Positions 10,143-18,778 of a stretch of DNA of 64,000 bases are shown here, piece after piece. The notes under the pieces are model-generated. The model was not told the origin of the DNA and ran no database searches. It saw only the letters and a program-made list of their open reading frames with translations. Both the position numbers and the translations under genes were made by a program. Position 1 is the first letter of the stretch; each line of letters starts with the position of its first letter. The stretch comes from Planctomycetota bacterium (GTDB taxonomy: Bacteria > Planctomycetota > UBA1135 > UBA2386). The stretch covers positions 5,152,001 to 5,216,000 of the forward strand of contig JBKAGP010000001.1 of NCBI GenBank assembly GCA_046290465.1, written 5' to 3'.

Positions 10143-11750
10143 ATGCATCGCGCTTTCGTCTGTGCCGCCACGCTCGTCGCGGCCTCTGCCTTCGCCCTTC
10201 CAGAAGCCACTGCCCAGAACGAGCAGGAGCAGGTCAAGCAGCTGCAGCAGGAGGTCGACCGCCTCAACGACCAGCTGATCGACGAGCGCTCCAAGCTGCT
10301 GCGCACGCTGAAGGTCAACGGCCAGCAGCTCGATCCGCTCGAAGTGATGCGTGAGTGCGTCTACCTGGCCGGCGGCAAGCTGGTCGAGGCCAAGGTCGCC
10401 AACTTCTTCATCCTCGAGGAGATCATGAAGCAGGTGAACTCGGGCCAGCGCAAGGCCGACGAGTTCCTGGTCACCGAGGAGGAGGTGCTCGAGAACCTCG
10501 CGCCGATGCAGAAGGAGTTCGAGACCAAGAACCCGGGCGTCGACTTCTGGGAGGTCGTGCGCACGCAATACGGCCTCAGCAAGGAGACCTTCATCGAGCA
10601 GCGCAAGGAGTCGATCCTGTTCGATCGCGTGTTCTTCCCGGGCTCGCCGAAGGACTGGCCGGTGATCACCAAGGAAGCCATCAAGGCCCAGACGCAGAGC
10701 GAGCAGGGCCCGGAGTTCCTGAAGCAGCTCGAGAAGGCCACCGAGGGCGTCGACGAGAACGGCAACCCGAAGAAGCTGCCCGAGTTCTGGATCAACATGA
10801 TGCGCCAGTTCGTGCAGAAGGGTCTGCGCAGCTGGAGTGACATCAAGTACGCCTCGCACGGCCTGCCGTCGGAGACGGTGCTGCGCGTCAACGACCTCGA
10901 GTGGGGCACCCAAGAGGCCTTCGACTTCATCAAGAAGGGCCTGTTCGTGCATGACCTCGAGCGCGCGATGCAGGAGGTCGCCGTGCGTGCGGCGCTCCGC
11001 CAGGAGCTGATCAGCAAGGGCGTCTACATCGACGACGACGAGTTCACCCGCCGCTACGACGAGTACCGCGAGCCCTACGATTCGACCCCGTTCACGGTCG
11101 AGGTGATCGCGACCCGCTTCAAGGGCTACCCGTGCCTCGAGGCGTTCCGCGCCCGCTGGCGCCTGATCTCGTCCTACACGGACCTGATCAAGGACGAGAT
11201 CAACGACGAGAACCTGCAGGCGCACGCCGACAAGCGCGCCGCGTTCTTCGCCGACGGCCAGTGCGACGTCAGCATCATCCCGTTCCAGGGCCGCAGCCAG
11301 CGCACCGGCGCGTGGACGCCGGGTGGCATGGACGAGGCGAAGAAGCGCTGCGAAGCGGTGTTCGCCAAGATGGAGGCGGGCGAGCTGACGTTCGACCAGG
11401 CGCTCGAGCAGCACACCGAGTTCTTCGCCAACGACGAGAAGCGCGGCCTGCTCGGCATGCTGCCGCTCAACCAGCTGCGCCAGCAGCTGCGCGAGAACGA
11501 GTTCACCCAGCTGCTCGACGGCTTCTCGATCGCCGAGCACCTGTTCTTCGACGCCGAGGTCGGCAAGACGATCGGCCCGATCCAGGGTCCGGAGTCGTGG
11601 CTGATCTGCCGCGTCAACTCGCGCACCCCGGCGCGTCGCAAGATCAGCGTCAAGATCGAGCGCGAGAAGGAGCTGGTCCGCGAGGACTACATCACCTACC
11701 GCTTCCTGCAATGGGCGAACGGCGTCATCGCGAAGGCGAAGTTCGAATAG
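10143..11750 (+). CDS. Secreted SurA/PrsA-like foldase (parvulin-type PPIase domain)
   Basis: Signal peptide (ATA-Q); C-terminal region with TFDQALEQH, GLLG and IGPIQGPESWLICRV resembling a parvulin domain. Confidence 0.65.
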   Translation: MHRAFVCAATLVAASAFALPEATAQNEQEQVKQLQQEVDRLNDQLIDERSKLLRTLKVNGQQLDPLEVMRECVYLAGGKLVEAKVANFFILEEIMKQVNSGQRKADEFLVTEEEVLENLAPMQKEFETKNPGVDFWEVVRTQYGLSKETFIEQRKESILFDRVFFPGSPKDWPVITKEAIKAQTQSEQGPEFLKQLEKATEGVDENGNPKKLPEFWINMMRQFVQKGLRSWSDIKYASHGLPSETVLRVNDLEWGTQEAFDFIKKGLFVHDLERAMQEVAVRAALRQELISKGVYIDDDEFTRRYDEYREPYDSTPFTVEVIATRFKGYPCLEAFRARWRLISSYTDLIKDEINDENLQAHADKRAAFFADGQCDVSIIPFQGRSQRTGAWTPGGMDEAKKRCEAVFAKMEAGELTFDQALEQHTEFFANDEKRGLLGMLPLNQLRQQLRENEFTQLLDGFSIAEHLFFDAEVGKTIGPIQGPESWLICRVNSRTPARRKISVKIEREKELVREDYITYRFLQWANGVIAKAKFE

Positions 11751-11768
11751 TAGCAGCGACGGTCTACG

Positions 11769-13670
11769 ATGGGCTCCGTGTCGGAGTCCCAGGACGATCG
11801 TCGTGATGTAGAGGCGCTGCTGCGCCGCATCTGGGCCGCTGTCGTGCGCTACCGGCGCATGGTGGCGGCCATGATTGGTTTTAGCCTGCTGCAGGTCGTC
11901 TTCACCAAGCTGCCGTTCTTGGTGGTGGAGCCGCTGCTGGCGGTGATGGGGGAGAAGGCCGGCGCCGGGCCGCCGGTCGAGCCGACCGAGAACGAGGGCT
12001 TCTTCGCGCACCTGCGCTGGGAGTTCACGGTCTGGTTCCGCAACTTCGCGGAGGACCTGTCGGCCGGGCTCGGCCTCGAGTTCGAACACCAGGGCATGCC
12101 GGTCGTCGTGGCGTGCGGCGTGGTGACGCTGATCTGCGGCGTGCTCGGCGCGTTCGTCATCTACATGGTGCAGACCGTGTCGCGGTTCTTCGCCTACCGC
12201 GTGGTCGCCGACCTGCGCTGCGAGCTGGCGCGCCACTTCCTCGACCTGCCGCTGCGCTTCTTCGGCAAGCGCCGCATGGGCGAGATGATCAGCAGGGTCA
12301 CCAACGACACGCAGGTGATGCAGCGGTCGTTCGAGATGGCCGCCGACAACGTCATCGTCGACCCGCTGATGGTGCTCGGCAACATGGTGATCATCCTGTT
12401 CGTGATCCCCGAGGCCATCCTGGTGATGCTGGTGATGCTGCCGCTGATGGTGATCCCGATGTACCGGCAGGGACGGAAGGTCCAGAAGCGCAGCAGCAAG
12501 AGCCTGAAGGCGATGGGGGAGACGACCGAGTCGCTCAACCAGATCCTCACCGGCATCCGCACCGTCAAGGCCTACCAGCTCGAGGACGAGCGCTATCGCG
12601 ACTTCGAGACGACGACGGGCACGTTCTTGGAGCGGACCCAGCGGGTGCTTCATGCCAAGGGGCGCTCGATCGCCCAGTCGTTCATCGGCTACCAGTTCGC
12701 GACCGCGATCATCCTGGTGCTGCTCGGCTACTACGTGCTGTCCGACAGCGGCGTGACGTTCGCGGCGGTGGCGGCCATCATCGCGCCGCTGGCGACCAAC
12801 TATCAGCACGTCAAGCGCGTCACCCGCGCCTACAACGTGCTGCGCGAGTCGGCCGGGGCGCTGTCCGGCATCGAGGACATCCTGCGGGCCGAGCCCGACC
12901 GGGCGCTGGTCGGCGGCGCGCCGATGGAGCAGCTGCGCGGCGACGTCGAGGTGCGCGACGTGCACTTCAGCTACGAGGAGAAGCCGGTGCTGCAGGGCGT
13001 CTCGCTGAAGGTGCACGCCGGCCAGACGATCGCATTCGTCGGCGAGTCCGGCGGCGGCAAGTCGACCACGCTCGACCTGCTGATGCGGTTCCACGACCCG
13101 GAGTCGGGCGCGGTGCTGATCGACGGGCGCGACCTGCGCGAGGTGCGGCTGGCGGACTACCGCAGCCGGACCGCGGTGGTCAGCCAGCAGCCGTTCCTGT
13201 TCAACACGACGCTGCGCGAGAACATCAGCTGCGGCCGGCCCGGTGCCAGCCAGGAGGAGGTCGAGCGGGCGGCGCGCGCCGCCAACATCCACGACTTCAT
13301 CGTGCAGCAGCCGAACGGCTACGACACGCTCGCCGGCGAGCTCGGCAGCAACCTGTCCGGCGGCCAGCGCCAGCGCATCACGATCGCGCGCGCGATCCTG
13401 CGCAACCCGGCGATCCTGTTCCTCGACGAGGCGACCTCGGCGCTCGACAACGAGAGCGAGGAGGTCGTGCAGCGTGCGCTCAACGAGCTGATGAAGGGCC
13501 GCACGTCGTTCGTCATCGCGCACCGTCTGTCGACCATCGTCGACGCCGACCAGATCTTCGTGTTCGAGGAAGGGCGCGTGGTCGAGTCGGGCACGCATCA
13601 GGAGCTGTTGGCGCGCGGCGGCGTCTACCGGCGGATGTTCGACAAGTCGGTGCGCCCGGACGCGGGCTGA
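11769..13670 (+). CDS. MsbA-like ABC exporter (TMD + NBD fusion)
   Basis: GEMISRVTND, Walker A GESGGGKST, LSGGQRQR, LFLDEATSALD, IAHRLST; the true start may be GTG 11778. Confidence 0.92.
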   Translation: MGSVSESQDDRRDVEALLRRIWAAVVRYRRMVAAMIGFSLLQVVFTKLPFLVVEPLLAVMGEKAGAGPPVEPTENEGFFAHLRWEFTVWFRNFAEDLSAGLGLEFEHQGMPVVVACGVVTLICGVLGAFVIYMVQTVSRFFAYRVVADLRCELARHFLDLPLRFFGKRRMGEMISRVTNDTQVMQRSFEMAADNVIVDPLMVLGNMVIILFVIPEAILVMLVMLPLMVIPMYRQGRKVQKRSSKSLKAMGETTESLNQILTGIRTVKAYQLEDERYRDFETTTGTFLERTQRVLHAKGRSIAQSFIGYQFATAIILVLLGYYVLSDSGVTFAAVAAIIAPLATNYQHVKRVTRAYNVLRESAGALSGIEDILRAEPDRALVGGAPMEQLRGDVEVRDVHFSYEEKPVLQGVSLKVHAGQTIAFVGESGGGKSTTLDLLMRFHDPESGAVLIDGRDLREVRLADYRSRTAVVSQQPFLFNTTLRENISCGRPGASQEEVERAARAANIHDFIVQQPNGYDTLAGELGSNLSGGQRQRITIARAILRNPAILFLDEATSALDNESEEVVQRALNELMKGRTSFVIAHRLSTIVDADQIFVFEEGRVVESGTHQELLARGGVYRRMFDKSVRPDAG

Positions 13671-13688
13671 CGCTACCTTTTCGCGGTC

Positions 13689-14063
13689 ATGCTCCGCGCC
13701 CTCGCGTTGTTCTCGTTCCTGCTCCTCGGAGCCTGCCAAGCCATGCCCACCGCCGGACTCGCCCACGACGTCTACTTCGAGCTGATCGACGCCTCGCCCG
13801 CCGCGCAGCAGCGCCTCGTCGACAGCTGCCGCGCCAAGCTCGCGCCGATCCCGGGCATCACGTTCTTCGCCGTCGGCAGCCGCGACGAGGAGCTGAACCG
13901 CGACGTCAACGACCAGGCGTTCCACGTCGCCCTGCACGTCTACTTCGCCGACCGCGCCGCCCACGACGTCTACCAGGACCACCCCGACCACCTCGCCTTC
14001 ATCGAGGCCAACAAGGCCAACTGGAAGTCCGTCCGCGTCTTCGACTCCACCACCCGGAAGTAG
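13689..14063 (+). CDS. Dabb (stress-responsive A/B barrel) family lipoprotein
   Basis: Lipobox LGAC; HDVYF...IPGI...YQDHPDH...VRVFDS pattern. Confidence 0.85.
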   Translation: MLRALALFSFLLLGACQAMPTAGLAHDVYFELIDASPAAQQRLVDSCRAKLAPIPGITFFAVGSRDEELNRDVNDQAFHVALHVYFADRAAHDVYQDHPDHLAFIEANKANWKSVRVFDSTTRK

Positions 14064-14153
14064 CGGTACTGCGAGTTCATCCTCCAACTTCCGCGAGCGC
14101 GAGCGCTCGCGGAAGTTGGAGGATGAACCGCGTACCGTACCGCTACTTTCCGG
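14054..14153. repeat. Long palindrome / REPIN-like hairpin between convergent genes
   Basis: Perfect 26-bp arms (14075-14100 and 14103-14128) plus outer arms GTAGCGGTAC (14060-14069) and GTACCGCTAC (14137-14146). Confidence 0.9.
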
Positions 14154-14634
14154 GGCCGAGGAGGGCGACGACGGTGGCGCGGCAGGCTTCGCGGCGGCCT
14201 ACGGCGTCGACCTTCTCGCCGGTCTTGCCCTTGACGTTGACGCGGTCGACGTCGAGTTCGAACAGCTCGGCGATGCGCGCGCGCATCTCGGCGCGGCGCG
14301 GCTTGAGCTTCGGCAGTTCGGTCTCGAGCACGACGTCGAGCGACCAGACCTGCAGGTCCTTCTGCCGGACGCGTGCCATCGCCTCGCGGCAGAACTCCGC
14401 CGAGTCGCGGTCGGCGTGCGCCGGGTCGCGGTCGGAGAACAGCGTGCCGAGGTCGTCGAGGCCGGCGGCGCCGAGCACCGCGTCGCAGGCGGCGTGCAGC
14501 ACCGCGTCGCCGTCGCTGTGGCCGATCGGGCCGACCTCGCTGTCGAACGTCACGCCGCCCAGCACGCACGGGCGGCCGGGCTGCAGGCGGTGCATGTCGA
14601 CGCCGAGGCCGACGCGGGGGAGGTCGTTCATCAT
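14143..14634 (-). CDS. ispF: 2-C-methyl-D-erythritol 2,4-cyclodiphosphate synthase
   Basis: RVGLGVDMHRL, GHSDGDAVLHAACDA, VNVKGKTGEK; ATGA overlap with ispD. Confidence 0.95.
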   Translation of the reverse strand: MMNDLPRVGLGVDMHRLQPGRPCVLGGVTFDSEVGPIGHSDGDAVLHAACDAVLGAAGLDDLGTLFSDRDPAHADRDSAEFCREAMARVRQKDLQVWSLDVVLETELPKLKPRRAEMRARIAELFELDVDRVNVKGKTGEKVDAVGRREACRATVVALLGPGK

Positions 14635-15356
14635 GCTTCTGGGAACGGGGTCGGATCGCGCTCGAGCAGGGCTTCGGCGAGCGGCAGGTCGTCCGGACGG
14701 GTGATCTTGAGGTTGCCGGCGGTGCCGGGCACGACCGCGATGTCGAGGCCGGCGTGTTCGAGCAGCGAGACGTCGTCGGTGACCACGAAGCCGGTCGCGC
14801 GCGCCTTCGCCGCGGCCTGCAGCAGCCAGTCGCGTCGCGCGATCTGCGGCGTCTGCGCGTACCAGATCGGGCTGCGGTCGACGGTCTCGACGACCCGGCC
14901 GTCCTGCACCCGCTTCAACGTGTCCGCGGCCGGGATCGCCAGCAGCGCGCCGCCGACGGCCTGCGCCGTGCGCAGGCACTCGCGCGTCTGTGCGACCGGC
15001 ACCAGCGCGCGCGCGGCATCGTGAACGCACACCAGCTCGACGTCGTCCGACGTCGCTGCGAGGCCGCGCTCCATCGACTCCTGGCGGGTCGCGCCGCCGT
15101 CGACGAAGCGCGGCTCGACGCCGGTCGGCATCACCGCGCAAAGCCGGTCGAGGCACGACGGCACCAGGTCCTGCCGGTCCTCGGGCTGGACCAGGACCAG
15201 CACTTCGCAGCGCTCGGCCGCGGGCACCGCAGCGAGCAGGCGCGCCGCGCTGTGCACGAGCAGCGTGTCGCCGCCGAGCTCGAGGAACGCCTTGGGAACG
15301 TCCGCGCCGAGGCGGGTGCCGCGTCCGGCCGCGAGCAACAAGATGGCGACCTTCAC
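14631..15356 (-). CDS. ispD: 2-C-methyl-D-erythritol 4-phosphate cytidylyltransferase
   Basis: LLAAGRGTRLG, PKAF, GGATRQES, VHDAAR, QTPQ, TDD, NLKIT. Confidence 0.95.
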   Translation of the reverse strand: MKVAILLLAAGRGTRLGADVPKAFLELGGDTLLVHSAARLLAAVPAAERCEVLVLVQPEDRQDLVPSCLDRLCAVMPTGVEPRFVDGGATRQESMERGLAATSDDVELVCVHDAARALVPVAQTRECLRTAQAVGGALLAIPAADTLKRVQDGRVVETVDRSPIWYAQTPQIARRDWLLQAAAKARATGFVVTDDVSLLEHAGLDIAVVPGTAGNLKITRPDDLPLAEALLERDPTPFPEA

Positions 15357-15381
15357 GGCGCGCGACCTTACACTCGGCCCC
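15357..15381. promoter_or_regulatory. Putative bidirectional leaderless promoter (ispD/ruvC)
   Basis: TACACT (+, 15369-15374) and TAAGGT (-, 15365-15370) share one TA and lie 7 and 8 nt before GTG starts. Confidence 0.55.
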
Positions 15382-16041
15382 GTGGCGGTGGTGCGGATTC
15401 TCGGTATCGACCCGGGCACGCAGGTGGTGGGCTACGGTTGCCTCGAGCTGGCGGCCGGCGCGCTTCCTGGCGTGGGCGGTGCCGCGTCCGCGGTGCCGCT
15501 GGCGATGCGCGGCAGCAACGTCGTGCGCGCCGCTGGGTCGGGCGGCGGCGGCGTGCGGCTGGTGGCGGCCGGCGTGCTGCGACTCGGCAAGCGCGGCGCC
15601 GATCTGACCACGCGGCTGCTCGCGCTGTCGACGCAGTTCGCCGCCCTGGTGCGCGAACTGCAGCCGTCCGAGGTCGCCGTCGAGGAGGCGTTCTACGGCA
15701 AGAGCGTGCAGGCGGCGCTCCGCATCGGCGAGGCGCGCGGTGTCGTGCTCGCCGAGTCGGCGCGCTCGGGCCTCGACGTGCACCAATACGCCCCGGCCCG
15801 CGTCAAGCGCTGCGTCGCCGGCCACGGTGCTGCTCGCAAGGACTCCATTGCCAGCATGTTGGGGCAGTTGCTGCCCGAACTCGCCGGGCCGGCGGCGGCG
15901 CAGTTGCCGGCCGATGCGACCGATGCCGTCGCCGTCGCATGGACGCGACTCGAGGAGCGTCGATCGCCGCTGCTGGTCGCCGAACGGCAGGGCGGCCGCC
16001 GCAGCAAGCGCGGGCTCGACAACGGTCTCACCGGACCCTGA
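15382..16041 (+). CDS. ruvC: Holliday junction resolvase RuvC (with insertion)
   Basis: RILGIDPG, VAVEEAF, GEARGV, GHGAARK, DATDAVAVA; start is GTG 15382 or 15391. Confidence 0.92.
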   Translation: MAVVRILGIDPGTQVVGYGCLELAAGALPGVGGAASAVPLAMRGSNVVRAAGSGGGGVRLVAAGVLRLGKRGADLTTRLLALSTQFAALVRELQPSEVAVEEAFYGKSVQAALRIGEARGVVLAESARSGLDVHQYAPARVKRCVAGHGAARKDSIASMLGQLLPELAGPAAAQLPADATDAVAVAWTRLEERRSPLLVAERQGGRRSKRGLDNGLTGP

Positions 16042-16242
16042 CGGCCCCGATCCCGCGCACCGTGGTTGCATTTTCGGTCGTCAGTCCATGTAATGCGGCA
16101 ACCGGTCAGCGAGGCATTCGCCCTTGTACAACCTCAACCAGTCGGCATACGCGACCCAGGATCGCGAGCATGACGACGGACGTCGGACCTCGAGGTCCGC
16201 ATCCGCCGCGCGGCTTCGCCGACTACGCGCAGGAGTCGCCCC

Positions 16243-17439
16243 ATGATCCGAGGACCCGTGTTGCCGCAGATGCGAGACAGCCTGTGGTCCCTGGTCTCTT
16301 CGCGTCTCGACCGCATCGAATCCGGTCTGACGCTCGTGATGGAATCGCTCGACTGCAGCGACGGCGAACTGGGCGCGGTCGATGGCCTCGCTCGCGATGC
16401 GATGGGCGGCCCCGTGCTGGTGATGCTCGCGGTCGAGGGCGATGCGCTGCTGCCGGCGCGCGCGCTCGCTGCCGGCAAGTTCCTGCGGCGGGTCGGAGAC
16501 GCGCTCGCGCGCGCCGTGCCCGAAGCCAACTTCTGTCCCGGCATTGCGGGGCGGGTGCTGCTGATCGGCAACGAGACGGCCACCGCGACCATCGAACAGG
16601 TCTGTGCGCTGCCGATCCCGGGCCTGCACGCCTGCACGCTCGAGCCGTTCCGCATCGCCGGCAGCGAGCGCTTCGCGGTCCGCTGGGCCACGGCGCAACG
16701 CGACCGAGACGCGATCGACGCATCGTCGCCGTCGCCGTCGGGTGCCGACGAGTCCGCGCCCGAGTTCGTCGTGCCGCAGGCGCGCGCAGAGATCTGGGAC
16801 GCGGTGCAGGAGATCTGCGAGCGCATCGATCCGGACGTGCGCGTGCACGGGGACCGCTACGCGCGCCAGGTCTCGTGGAACGGCTTCCCGCTCGGCGATA
16901 TCCGCACCGTCGGCGGTGCGCTGGTCGCGAGCGCCGCAACCGGCGTCGTGCGCGACCTGCGCGATGCGCACGACGTGCGCCGCTTCGGCGACCAGCTGCT
17001 GCGCGCGTTCGCGCAGCACGCCCGGATCGACCTCGGCCCGTTCGATCGCGATACGGCCGATCCCGATTCGTCCGGTCACCATCCGTCCGGTCACTATCCG
17101 TCCGAGGGCGGTCCCGACGATCGGGGCCGCCGCGGTCGCAACCGCCAACACGAACAGGATCGTCGCGCGGCCGATGCCGGCGCCGATCGACTTGCTGCGA
17201 CTCGCCACGCAGTTGGGGGCCGCCACGACGTGGCGGAACGTGGGCTGCTGTCCGACGCCGCCGCGAGCGGCGGCGAGAGCCTGCGTTCGAGCCTGGCCGC
17301 GTCCCGGCTCTCCCCGGAAGAGTATTCCGCCCTCGGCGAGCCGGCTTCGTTGGCCGGCCCGGACTCCGAGGGCTCCGTGGCAAACGATCGTTCGCAGTCG
17401 GCTCCTCTGCCGGACTCGTCGGTCGGTCGCTCCGACTGA
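16243..17439 (+). CDS. Hypothetical protein with degenerate PD-(D/E)xK-like N-terminus and low-complexity tail
   Basis: GAVDGLARDAMGGPVLVML resembles NucS-type GxIDLLAxDxxGxxVVIELK but lacks E/K. Confidence 0.6.
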   Translation: MIRGPVLPQMRDSLWSLVSSRLDRIESGLTLVMESLDCSDGELGAVDGLARDAMGGPVLVMLAVEGDALLPARALAAGKFLRRVGDALARAVPEANFCPGIAGRVLLIGNETATATIEQVCALPIPGLHACTLEPFRIAGSERFAVRWATAQRDRDAIDASSPSPSGADESAPEFVVPQARAEIWDAVQEICERIDPDVRVHGDRYARQVSWNGFPLGDIRTVGGALVASAATGVVRDLRDAHDVRRFGDQLLRAFAQHARIDLGPFDRDTADPDSSGHHPSGHYPSEGGPDDRGRRGRNRQHEQDRRAADAGADRLAATRHAVGGRHDVAERGLLSDAAASGGESLRSSLAASRLSPEEYSALGEPASLAGPDSEGSVANDRSQSAPLPDSSVGRSD

Positions 17440-17463
17440 ACCGCCGTCCCGCAGGGGCCCGGC

Positions 17464-18420
17464 GTGCGGCTGCGTCCGCGCGCCCGGATCGTCGTCTGCT
17501 GTTCGCAATCCAGCAGAGGTCTCGTGGAATCGGACCTGGAAGTCGAACGCACCGCGCGTGGGTTCCTGCGGCGACTGTTGCGGCGGCCGCCTCCGGAGGT
17601 GCGCACGCGGGAGGCCGCGGTGGTCGCGTTCGCCAGCGGCAAGGGCGGCACCGGCAAGTCGTTCCTGACGACCAACGTCGCCATCGGCCTGCACCAGCGC
17701 GGCCTGCGCGTCGCGGTCGTCGACTGCGACTTCGGTCTGGCCAACGCCCACCTGCTGTTCGGCGCGAACCCGAGGTTCTCGATGCAGCACCTGCTCGGCG
17801 GCCAGCGCACCGTGTCGGAGGTGATGACGCCGACGCCGTACGGGCCGAGCCTGATCGCCGGCGGCTCGGGCATCTCGAGCCTCGCCGAGCTGGGCCAAAA
17901 GCACATGCAGATGCTGGCGCGCGCGCTCAGCCAGGTGGCCGAGCGCTGTGACGTCGTGCTGATCGACTGCGCGGCGGGCCTGGCGCCGCAGTCGATGATC
18001 ACGGTGCTGGCGGCGCAGCACGTCGTGATGGTGACCAACCCGGAGATCGCCGCGCTGACCGACGCCTATGCGGTGATCAAGTGCCTGTCGCGGCAGGTCG
18101 AACGGCCCGACATCCGGCTGGTCGTCAACCGCGCGACCAGCGCCGAACTCGGCCGCGCGACGTTCGAGCGGTTGTCCGAGGTTTCGAGCCGCTTTGCGAG
18201 CCTGCCGATCCACTACCTCGGGTACGTGCCCGAAGACCCGGCGGTGAGTCACCGGCGGCTCGGACAGGCGCCGATGTTGGTGGGGATGCCGGAATGCGAG
18301 ACCTCGAAGGCGCTCGACCTGCTGGTGACGGGGCTCGAGGCGCAGGTCCGTGCGACCCGCGCGCGGCCGGCCTCGCGCGGGGTCGAGGCGCGCATGCTGA
18401 CGCAGATCCGCCGCTGGTAG
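17464..18420 (+). CDS. FlhG/MinD-family ATPase
   Basis: Deviant Walker A SGKGGTGKS, DCDFGLAN, LIDCAAG, PEIAALTDAYAVIK; the true start is probably downstream (about 17524). Confidence 0.9.
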   Translation: MRLRPRARIVVCCSQSSRGLVESDLEVERTARGFLRRLLRRPPPEVRTREAAVVAFASGKGGTGKSFLTTNVAIGLHQRGLRVAVVDCDFGLANAHLLFGANPRFSMQHLLGGQRTVSEVMTPTPYGPSLIAGGSGISSLAELGQKHMQMLARALSQVAERCDVVLIDCAAGLAPQSMITVLAAQHVVMVTNPEIAALTDAYAVIKCLSRQVERPDIRLVVNRATSAELGRATFERLSEVSSRFASLPIHYLGYVPEDPAVSHRRLGQAPMLVGMPECETSKALDLLVTGLEAQVRATRARPASRGVEARMLTQIRRW

Positions 18421-18455
18421 CGCGGCAGCGACGGCTGCTGGGGCTCTGGGCCGCG

Positions 18456-18722
18456 GTGGTGGTGCTGTGCGCGGCGCGCGCGCTCTGGCGCGGGATCGTG
18501 CCGGCAACGCCCGGTGTGACCGTGGCTTCGTGCCCGATCGACGTCAACCGCGCGTCGGTCGGCGAGCTGCAGGCGCTGCCCGGCGTCGGCCCCGGACGGG
18601 CCGAGGCGCTGGTGCTCGAACGGATCCGCCACGGCCCGTTTGCACGGCTCGAACAGCTGGCGCGGGTGCACGGCTTCGGCCCCGAACTGCTGCGCCGGCT
18701 GGCGCCGCACGTGCGCTTCTGA
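18456..18722 (+). CDS. ComEA-like helix-hairpin-helix DNA-binding protein
   Basis: IDVNRASVGELQALPGVGP...HGPF...LARVHGFGP; hydrophobic N-terminus; start uncertain (could be about 18414). Confidence 0.8.
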   Translation: MVVLCAARALWRGIVPATPGVTVASCPIDVNRASVGELQALPGVGPGRAEALVLERIRHGPFARLEQLARVHGFGPELLRRLAPHVRF

Positions 18723-18778
18723 GCGCCCGGGCGCGCAACAATGCGTAGCGGCAGGCTTTCGGGTAGGCTGCTGGGCGA

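Noticed and set aside
9954..14087. 1377-aa minus-strand ORF
   Set aside because: Antisense shadow of the foldase, ABC and Dabb genes; such stop-free frames are expected in high-GC DNA, and it has no motifs
14635..16071. Apparent 642-aa IspF fusion
   Set aside because: The upstream part is an alternative frame over ispD and ruvC; ispD and ispF are separate genes with an ATGA overlap
14373..17951. 1192-aa Arg/Ala-rich plus-strand ORF
   Set aside because: Off-frame overlap of ispD, ruvC and downstream genes; composition typical of a non-coding GC-rich frame
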